From the NCBI GenBank assembly GCA_963814275.1, contig CAWFCE010000001.1:67307-131306 (forward strand): a stretch of 64,000 nucleotides of DNA. The letters are read 5' to 3'. Made by a program: the position numbers and the translations under genes. Below, piece by piece: positions 57,646 to 64,000 of this stretch; position 1 is the first letter of the stretch, and each line of letters begins with the position of its first letter. The notes below the pieces were generated by a model. The model ran no database searches. It was not told where the DNA came from and worked only from the letters and a program-made list of their open reading frames with translations. The DNA comes from Candidatus Parcubacteria bacterium (GTDB taxonomy: Bacteria > Patescibacteriota > Patescibacteriia > Patescibacteriales > UBA12075).

Positions 57646-57831
57646 CTATTCTTCAACAAAAATCGCTTCCACCGGACATTCATCAGCTGCCCGGACGGCA
57701 CATTTGCCGTTATCGGTATCGGTGGTAAAAACCTCCGATTTGCCGTTGGCGTTTAAACGGAATATATTCGGACATATTTCCGTGCAGCGCCCGCAACCGA
57801 TGCATTTATTTTGGTCAACCGTTATTTTCAT
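57646..57831 (-). CDS. Small [4Fe-4S] ferredoxin
   Basis: 61 aa with CIGCGRCTEICP and ...ECPVEAI. Confidence 0.85.
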   Translation of the reverse strand: MKITVDQNKCIGCGRCTEICPNIFRLNANGKSEVFTTDTDNGKCAVRAADECPVEAIFVEE

Positions 57832-58008
57832 ATAATTTCTAATAAAAATTATAACACATAAAATAATAATTGTTAACAGTTTTAATTTATAAAAAAGTTA
57901 TCCACTTTTTGTAACTTTTCCACAGTAAATACGGGCTTGTTTTTTTTCTCTTACGTGATATGCTGAGTAAGTAAAACAGCTGTCCTAAAATTAGGCCAAT
58001 AAGCAGGC

Positions 58009-58063
58009 TTGACTTATCCATATATTGTGGTATAATGGATATAGTGGATACAAGATATAGTGT
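58009..58063 (+). promoter_or_regulatory. Strong sigma70-type promoter overlapped by three NrdR-box-like half-site repeats, upstream of nrdR-nrdD-nrdG
   Basis: TTGACT (58009-58014), a 16-nt spacer ending in TGg, then TATAAT (58031-58036). ATAT(T/A)GTG(G/T) occurs at 58022, 58039 and 58055. ATACAAGATATAGTGT (58048-58063) matches the NrdR-box consensus ACAC.ATATAT.GTGT at 13 of 16 positions. Confidence 0.5.
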
Positions 58064-58330
58064 TTGGAGGAAATTTCGATTAAACACCATTTTTGCCCCT
58101 TATACCCCTTATAAGCGAGCGACTGGAAAGCGGTGTTTTTTTATTGCCTTTAAAAGATGCCGATTTTCCGGGCAGTTACGGGCAGAACCTTGATCGTGCT
58201 GGGGCAGTCCATAGTATGATCGAAGTTTTATGGGTACCGGCCCGGCTTTAATAAGCGGCAAAACAGTTTATAAATAATGTAAATAGAAATTGAAGGAACA
58301 GCCTAGCAAATTCACCGAATATTTCATCAT

Positions 58331-58801
58331 ATGAAGTGCCCCGCCTGCCATTATCAAGATACCAAGGTCGTCGATTCCCGGGTAGCCAGTGACGGATTAT
58401 CGATACGCCGCCGCCGCGAATGTTTAAAATGCGGATTTCGCTTTTCCACATATGAAGAAATGGAAATCCTCGACCTGTCGATAATGAAGCGGGACGGGCG
58501 CAAAGAAGTATATAGCCGGGACAAAATGGTGCGGGGACTGAAAAAATCACTGGAAAAGCGACCGGTTACCGACGATAAGTTCAAAAAACTGGTCAATTCA
58601 ATCGAAAGAGATATCCAGGTAATGCGGAAAAATGAGATTACCAGCATGGAGATCGGACAGGTTATTATGAAGCATCTTAAGAAAACCGACCAGATCGCTT
58701 TTATCCGTTTTGCCAGCGTTTACCAACAGTTCAAAGACGTACAAACCTTTCAGAGGGAACTTAACAAGCTTTTAAAAAATAAAAAAGGAAAGACGAAATA
58801 A
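58331..58801 (+). CDS. nrdR: Transcriptional repressor NrdR
   Basis: 156 aa. It starts MKCPACHYQDTKVVDSR...RRRECLKCGFRFSTYE (zinc ribbon) and continues into an ATP-cone. Confidence 0.95.
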   Translation: MKCPACHYQDTKVVDSRVASDGLSIRRRRECLKCGFRFSTYEEMEILDLSIMKRDGRKEVYSRDKMVRGLKKSLEKRPVTDDKFKKLVNSIERDIQVMRKNEITSMEIGQVIMKHLKKTDQIAFIRFASVYQQFKDVQTFQRELNKLLKNKKGKTK

Positions 58802-58823
58802 GCGGTCTTTCCCATATCATCCC

Positions 58824-60962
58824 ATGCCGCCTACTATCACCCAAATAAGAAAACGTAACGGCGAAATCGTCGATTTTGACACAAAGAATATCGCCAAAGC
58901 CATTTATAAAGCCACAGAGGGGGTCGGTCAGCCGGACCAGTATTTAGCCGAAAAATATACCGAGGAAGTCGTCGGTAAAATCAACGAAAAATTCCATTCC
59001 CGTTCGATCCCGGCGGTCGAAGAGATCCAGGATATCGTGGAGGAAGTTTTGATAGCGAACCGCCAAATTAAAACCGCCAAGGCCTATATCCTTTATCGCG
59101 ATCAGCGCGCGCGCCTGAGGGAGATGCGGTTGATGGTCAATTCGGTCGATATAATGGAAGATTACCTTAAGCAATCCGATTGGCGGGTAAAAGAGAACTC
59201 TAATATGAGCTTCTCGCTCCAGGGGCTTAATAACCATCTGGCTTCGATCATATCTTCCAATTATTGGCTCAACAAAGTATATACGGCCAATATCCGCGAA
59301 GCCCACCAAAGCGGCGAGATCCATATTCACGACCTGCAAATGCTGGCCGCATATTGCGCCGGCTGGGACTTGAAAGACCTTTTACTCAGGGGTTTCGGCG
59401 GCGTGTCGGGAAAAATCGAATCCAAACCGCCCAAGCATTTCCGCACCGCCCTGGGCCAAATTATAAATTTTTTCTATACCCTTCAGGGCGAAGTGGCGGG
59501 AGCGGAGGCTTTTTCCAGCTTTGATACCTATTTGGCGCCGTTTATCCGCTATGACAATCTGAGCTATGAAGAAGTCAGGCAGAGCATGCAGGAATTCCTT
59601 TTTAATATCAATGTACCGACGCGGGTCGGGTTTCAGACCCCGTTTACCAATATTACGCTAGATATCGTTACGACCGGAACCTTGGCAGAGGACCACGTAA
59701 TAATCGGGGGCCAGCCGCAACAGGAAAAGTACAAGGATTTTCAGCCGGAAATGGACATGCTCAACCTGGCCTTCGCCGAATGCATGATGTCGGGCGATGC
59801 TAAAGGACGGGTGTTCACATTTCCCATCCCCACTTACAACATCACCAAGGAGTTCGACTGGGATAGTCCGGTAGCGTCAAAGATTTTTGAAATGACCGCC
59901 AAATACGGCATCCCGTATTTTTCCAACTTTATTAATTCCGATATGAGCCCGGAAGACGCGCGTTCGATGTGCTGCCGCCTGCGGCTCGATAACCGGGAGC
60001 TTAGGAAACGAGGCGGCGGGCTATTCGGCGCCAATCCGCTGACCGGTTCGATCGGCGTGGTCACGGTAAATTTGCCGCGGGTCGGATATTTGTCGAAGAC
60101 CAAGGAAGAATTTTACGACCGGCTCCTGAGTCTCATGCAGATCGCCCGCGAAAGCCTGGAAACGAAGCGCAAAATACTGGAAGACCTGACCGATGCCGGG
60201 CTTTATCCTTATGCCAAGTATTATCTATCGAATATCAAAGAGCGCTTCGGTGAATATTGGAAGAACCATTTTTCAACTATAGGAATAATCGGCATGAACG
60301 AAGCCTTATTGAACTTCGCACCGGTCGGACAGGATATTACGACCACTGACGGTAAGCGATTTGCCCTCGAGGTGCTGGATTTCATGCGGGAAAAGATGAT
60401 GGATTATCAGAATGATACCAATAACCTGTACAACCTGGAAGCAACCCCGGCCGAAGGAACTACGCGCCGCCTGTCGCGCGCCGACATCGACCGTTACCCG
60501 GATATGATCGTCGCCAATATGGAAGCCTATAAAAGCGGCCAGGCGTCGCCGTATTATACCAATTCCAGCCAGCTTCCCGCCAACTTCACCGATGACCTGT
60601 TCGAAGCACTGGATCTGCAGGATGATATCCAGACGAAATATACCGGCGGTACCGTATTGCACGCCTATATCGGCGAGGCTCTGCCATCATCCGAGGCGGT
60701 CAAGAAATTGGTCAAGTCGATATCTTACCGCTACACTCTGCCGTACTTTACGATCACTCCGACATTTTCGATCTGCCCCAAGCACGGCTATTTGTCCGGT
60801 GAGCACCGCTATTGTCCGAAATGCGACGAAGAGCTTGGCTATCAGGAAGAAGGCGAAATGAGCGGCGACCGCGAAAGTCTGGAAACGGTGCAAGTCAGGC
60901 ACATGGCCAGCGAGAAGGATATCGCCGACCTGGAGCGGGACTTGATCCAATCGATCGCGTAG
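58824..60962 (+). CDS. nrdD: Anaerobic ribonucleoside-triphosphate reductase (class III) large polypeptide; it lacks the glycyl-radical tail
   Basis: 712 aa with an N-terminal ATP-cone, a catalytic core (for example SMCCRLRLD) and the zinc ribbon FSICPKHGYLSGEHRYCPKC. After CPKCDEE the sequence diverges and stops without the R(V/I).GY motif. Confidence 0.9.
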   Translation: MPPTITQIRKRNGEIVDFDTKNIAKAIYKATEGVGQPDQYLAEKYTEEVVGKINEKFHSRSIPAVEEIQDIVEEVLIANRQIKTAKAYILYRDQRARLREMRLMVNSVDIMEDYLKQSDWRVKENSNMSFSLQGLNNHLASIISSNYWLNKVYTANIREAHQSGEIHIHDLQMLAAYCAGWDLKDLLLRGFGGVSGKIESKPPKHFRTALGQIINFFYTLQGEVAGAEAFSSFDTYLAPFIRYDNLSYEEVRQSMQEFLFNINVPTRVGFQTPFTNITLDIVTTGTLAEDHVIIGGQPQQEKYKDFQPEMDMLNLAFAECMMSGDAKGRVFTFPIPTYNITKEFDWDSPVASKIFEMTAKYGIPYFSNFINSDMSPEDARSMCCRLRLDNRELRKRGGGLFGANPLTGSIGVVTVNLPRVGYLSKTKEEFYDRLLSLMQIARESLETKRKILEDLTDAGLYPYAKYYLSNIKERFGEYWKNHFSTIGIIGMNEALLNFAPVGQDITTTDGKRFALEVLDFMREKMMDYQNDTNNLYNLEATPAEGTTRRLSRADIDRYPDMIVANMEAYKSGQASPYYTNSSQLPANFTDDLFEALDLQDDIQTKYTGGTVLHAYIGEALPSSEAVKKLVKSISYRYTLPYFTITPTFSICPKHGYLSGEHRYCPKCDEELGYQEEGEMSGDRESLETVQVRHMASEKDIADLERDLIQSIA

Positions 60963-61178
60963 ACACCCGAATTTACAGGTTTATTTACAAATCTACAAAT
61001 TATAAATTGTAATATTAGGTTCAATAGAATATTTGTAATTCGTATATTTGTAGCCGATTTGTACATTTGCGTATACCGTGTACAATGATATTAATAATCG
61101 AATAATATATAAAATAATCCTTAGTTTATACCTTGCCCCCATGCTTGTCGGTAAGAAACATAAACTAACACAAAAATT

Positions 61179-61328
61179 ATGAGTCCGATCAAAACAAAAC
61201 GCCAGGAGTGCGAAGTGTACAGCCGGGTTACCGGTTATCTGCGGCCGGTAAAACAATGGAATGACGCCAAAACGGCCGAACATGACCACAGGATAAAATT
61301 TAAAGTTGATAATTGCCGCTGTTCGTAA
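61179..61328 (+). CDS. 49-codon ORF encoding the NrdD C-terminal glycyl-radical motif; it is too short to be listed in the ORF track
   Basis: It encodes MSPIKTKRQECEVYSRVTGYLRPVKQWNDAKTAEHDHRIKFKVDNCRCS. EVYSRVTGYLRPV..WN matches the class III RNR glycyl-radical signature, with the Gly codon at 61233-61235. It is in the same reading frame as nrdD. Confidence 0.75.
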   Translation: MSPIKTKRQECEVYSRVTGYLRPVKQWNDAKTAEHDHRIKFKVDNCRCS

Positions 61329-61349
61329 AACCGGCAAAAACCCAGGAGT

Positions 61350-62102
61350 ATGATAATCGGCGGTTTGCAAAAATTCAGCTTGCTTGACTATCCGGAACAC
61401 ATTGCCGCCATCATCTTTACCCAGGGCTGCAATTTCCGCTGTCAGTTTTGTTATAACCCTATGCTTGTCTGGCCGAACGCAACTGGCCAGCCAGCTTCAA
61501 ATAAGAACAAGCCCGGCGCTGCCGGCGACCAGTACCAAAAAGGCCATCCGACCATTAGCGAGGATGACCTTTTTGATTTTCTCAAATCCCGGCGGGGCCG
61601 CTTGGACGCGGTAGTGATCACCGGCGGAGAACCGACCATCCATTCCGATCTGCCCGAATTCATAACCGCGGTCAAAAAACAGGGCTTTAAGATTAAATTG
61701 GATACGAATGGCACGCATCCGGAAACGCTCAGGCTTCTCATCGGAAAACGGTTGATCGATTATATCGCCATGGATATTAAGGGGCCGGCGGAAAAGTACG
61801 ATCTGATAACCGGTATCCAGCCGGATTTGAACAAGATCAAGGAAAGCGTTAAAATAATAATGGACAGCGGGTTGCCTTATGAATTCCGCACCACGCTGGT
61901 TCCGGAATTGATCCTGCCGGCAGAGGTCAGGCGGGTAGGAAATTTGATCAGGGGGGCGGCTAAGTGGTATCTGCAGGCGTTCAAGACCGATACCGAACTG
62001 ATAAATCCAAGCTTTCAGAATGTCGGAACTTATACCGGCAAACAAATGGAGAAGATGCGCGAAATCGGCAGCGAGTATGTGGAGCATTGTGCCATTAGAT
62101 AA
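61350..62102 (+). CDS. nrdG: Anaerobic ribonucleoside-triphosphate reductase activating protein (radical SAM)
   Basis: 250 aa. It has SLLDYPEHIAAIIFTQGCNFRCQFCYNP (CxxxCxxC) and VVITGGEP. Confidence 0.9.
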   Translation: MIIGGLQKFSLLDYPEHIAAIIFTQGCNFRCQFCYNPMLVWPNATGQPASNKNKPGAAGDQYQKGHPTISEDDLFDFLKSRRGRLDAVVITGGEPTIHSDLPEFITAVKKQGFKIKLDTNGTHPETLRLLIGKRLIDYIAMDIKGPAEKYDLITGIQPDLNKIKESVKIIMDSGLPYEFRTTLVPELILPAEVRRVGNLIRGAAKWYLQAFKTDTELINPSFQNVGTYTGKQMEKMREIGSEYVEHCAIR

Positions 62103-62203
62103 GATTACGAGCCAACAAATTATTTAATAAATATTACGATTACTGTATTTTTGGGCATAGACACTTCTTGTTTCCCGGTTTTAATATAATTTAATATAAA
62201 ATT

Positions 62204-62605
62204 ATGGCGGTTAACCAAAATTTGAACAAAGATAATCAGGACGCGAAAAAGGAAGAAAATTCTCGCGACGGGGACACGGATGCGGTTATAAAAAAGAATC
62301 TGGAAGTCAGCGAAGAAATTTTGAAAATTACGAAAAAGATCCGGTCCTACCTTTTTTGGCAGCGGATCTTCGGCCTGGTCAAGATCTTTATAATAGTTAT
62401 GCCGATAATAATTGCCTGGATATATATCCCGCGGATTTTGGACGATTTAAAGAACAACCCGACTGAATTTTGGGGAAATGCCTGGCTCAACAGTTATATC
62501 AATAATTTCGTCGAAGGCGCGACGAAAAATATCAATACGAATACAGTTGATGTCAACAAAATTTCGCCTGAGTTATTGAACCAAATCAGGCAGCAGCTAA
62601 AATGA
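62204..62605 (+). CDS. Hypothetical membrane protein
   Basis: 133 aa with a charged N-terminus and one hydrophobic segment (IFGLVKIFIIVMPIIIAWIYI). Its stop overlaps the ogt start (ATGA). Confidence 0.5.
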   Translation: MAVNQNLNKDNQDAKKEENSRDGDTDAVIKKNLEVSEEILKITKKIRSYLFWQRIFGLVKIFIIVMPIIIAWIYIPRILDDLKNNPTEFWGNAWLNSYINNFVEGATKNINTNTVDVNKISPELLNQIRQQLK

Positions 62606-62913
62606 AGACAATTACGAAATTCGAACAAGCGGTATATGACAAGCTGAGAGAAGTGCCGCGCGGACGGGTGACGACCTACGGCATGCTGGCCCGGGCCGTT
62701 CAAAGGCCGCACTCCGCGCGGGCGGTCGGTAATGCCCTGAACAAAAATCCATTCGCTCCCCGCGTACCCTGCCATCGCGTGGTAAAAAGCAATGGTTTTT
62801 TGGGCGGGTTTGCCACCGGTCCCGTCGCCAAAAGCCGGCTGCTTAAAAAAGAGGGAGTTATGGTAAAAAAAGGCAGAATTGAGGATTTTAATGCTGTTTT
62901 ATACAAATTTTAA
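62602..62913 (+). CDS. ogt: Methylated-DNA--protein-cysteine methyltransferase (MGMT/Ogt DNA-binding domain only)
   Basis: 103 aa. It has the active-site motif VPCHRVV, preceded by TTYGMLARAV and NALNKNPFAP. Confidence 0.88.
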   Translation: MKTITKFEQAVYDKLREVPRGRVTTYGMLARAVQRPHSARAVGNALNKNPFAPRVPCHRVVKSNGFLGGFATGPVAKSRLLKKEGVMVKKGRIEDFNAVLYKF

Positions 62914-63147
62914 TATAATCGCAGTAAAATTAAACAATAATAGCGGCAACGCTGTTTTTTTATACTTGAAATATTATAATGAGGTTTTGCGTATTGTATA
63001 TATAGAATTTAACGGCAAGGGCTCTTCTCGCCATTAAGTTTGGCAAAATGACGGCCGGATTATAATAAATTATATTTTTAGGCAATTAAAAAACCTAACA
63101 TTAGTTAAATCGTAACTTAAATAAATACAATTAATAAGAAAAAATTT

Positions 63148-64000
63148 ATGGACAATAACTTTAAAAAATCATTTATTACTGTTTTGGTCGTTTCGATAAT
63201 CGTCAGTACAAGCGTCGGTTCCGTGATGGGGTTTTGGGCCGGAAGTTTGGCGATCAGTAATAACAGTTTTGCCGCCTGGTTCAACCGGGCGGTATTCGGA
63301 GGGGCGCCGCAACTGGCTTCATATTCCCCGTCAGGCAACAGCGTCATCAATGTCGAAGAGAATTCGGCGGTTATCGACGTCGCGGACAAAACCAGGCCGG
63401 CGGTAGTTTCGATTATCGTTTCAAAGGACCTGCCGATAGTCGAACGTTATTATTCACTGCCGAACGGCGGATCGGATTTTTTCCGCCAGTTTTTCGGTGA
63501 TAATTTCGGCGGTATTCTCGACCCCAACGCACAGCAGAACCAACAACAGAATGGCACCCAAAAACAGGAGATCGGCGGCGGCAGCGGATTTCTGATCAAT
63601 TCGGATGGTTATATTCTGACCAATAAGCACGTCGTGTCCGACGAACAAGCGGATTATACCGTATTAATGAACGATGAGTCGAAGCACGAAGCCAAAGTAA
63701 TCGGGCGCGATCCGGTTAATGACCTGGCGATCCTGAAGATCGACGGGCAGAATTTGCCCTATTTGGACCTGGGCGACAGCTCTTCGGTCAAGATCGGGCA
63801 ATCGGTCGTAGCGATCGGCAACGCTTTGGGCGAATTCAATAATACGGTTTCCACCGGCGTCATTTCCGGCTTGTCCCGTTCGGTAGTGGCGGGGGGCGGC
63901 GGACTGGGAGCGGAACAATTGACAGGAGTGATCCAAACCGACGCTTCGATCAATCCGGGCAATTCCGGCGGCCCGCTTCTCAATCTTGCCGGACAGGTAA
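63148..64000 (+). CDS. htrA: HtrA/DegP-family trypsin-like serine protease; 3'-partial, running off the window end
   Basis: The ATG at 63148 is followed by a TM anchor. The catalytic triad context is present: TNKHVV (His), NDLAILKI (Asp) and GNSGGPL (Ser). It is absent from the ORF track because there is no stop inside the window. Confidence 0.88.
   Translation, partial: MDNNFKKSFITVLVVSIIVSTSVGSVMGFWAGSLAISNNSFAAWFNRAVFGGAPQLASYSPSGNSVINVEENSAVIDVADKTRPAVVSIIVSKDLPIVERYYSLPNGGSDFFRQFFGDNFGGILDPNAQQNQQQNGTQKQEIGGGSGFLINSDGYILTNKHVVSDEQADYTVLMNDESKHEAKVIGRDPVNDLAILKIDGQNLPYLDLGDSSSVKIGQSVVAIGNALGEFNNTVSTGVISGLSRSVVAGGGGLGAEQLTGVIQTDASINPGNSGGPLLNLAGQV

Noticed and set aside
60834-61211. An intein, or translational read-through, as the explanation for the nrdD interruption.
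   Set aside because: The intervening frame contains many stop codons (TAG at 60960, then TGA, TAA and TAG repeatedly). No intein boundary residues are present (no C/S/T start, and no HN followed by C/S/T at the end).
60993-61400. A 135-aa minus-strand ORF spanning the nrdD-nrdG spacer.
   Set aside because: It is antisense to the glycyl-radical ORF and the nrdG start. It is AT-rich, low-complexity and has no motifs.
1-64000. An alternative genetic code (UGA recoded, as in some CPR lineages), and the presence of tRNA or rRNA genes.
   Set aside because: TGA terminates well-aligned genes at their expected ends (pheS at 17787-17789, the helicase at 15895-15897). I saw no T-arm-like GGTTCGAATCC signatures or rRNA-like stretches in the spacers by eye, but a tRNAscan/Infernal run is needed to be sure.

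Overview
This 64-kb chromosomal segment looks like a small-genome Patescibacteria/CPR (Parcubacteria-like) bacterium; that assignment is an inference from gene content. It uses the standard genetic code, since TGA ends pheS and the helicase gene. Housekeeping genes I could support from motifs: pheS, pheT, topA, dprA, pth, der, an LCP-family protein, lepB, hisS, rpsU, yqeY, rel, ybeY, dgkA, ftsA, ftsZ, an M16 peptidase, gpmI, ferredoxin, nrdR, nrdD, nrdG, ogt and htrA. Between them sit very large surface-protein genes and unusually structured intergenic DNA. I found no rRNA, tRNA or CRISPR array. The observations most worth a second look are: (1) An HUH/Y1 RAYT-like transposase gene lies between pheS and pheT. 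It is flanked by perfect 24-nt inverted hairpin repeats and preceded by a 3.3-copy, 86-nt multi-hairpin REP/BIME-like array. (2) nrdD is split. The 712-aa ORF ends just after its zinc ribbon, and the glycyl-radical motif (EVYSRVTGYLRPV..WN) sits in a separate in-frame 49-codon ORF about 220 nt downstream, across an AT-rich palindromic spacer. (3) Two adjacent proteins (880 aa and 2191 aa) have paralogous VirB2/TrbC-like two-helix pilin N-termini fused to Ig-like, IPT, extremely Cys-rich and Fn3 regions. They are followed by two TSP3-repeat membrane proteins, and no T4SS machinery is in the window. (4) A gene of more than 3,300 codons encodes a beta-helix protein built from a ~3.7-kb A-B-C super-repeat with near-identical DNA copies, and it carries a frameshift. 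(5) A four-helix-bundle (23S-IVS-type) gene sits inside a long hairpin whose arms recur as an empty hairpin and as a lone arm carrying a nested 20-nt GC palindrome. (6) Families of short-period AT-rich inverted repeats occupy most intergenic spacers. (7) A promoter-to-terminator ~400-nt candidate ncRNA has two CCUCCUUG hairpin loops. (8) A 64-bp tandem repeat duplicates the last codons of ftsZ. (9) der is frameshifted at an A7G5 tract. Everything was read by eye, so hairpin and repeat coordinates are good to a few nt, and family names need HMM confirmation.
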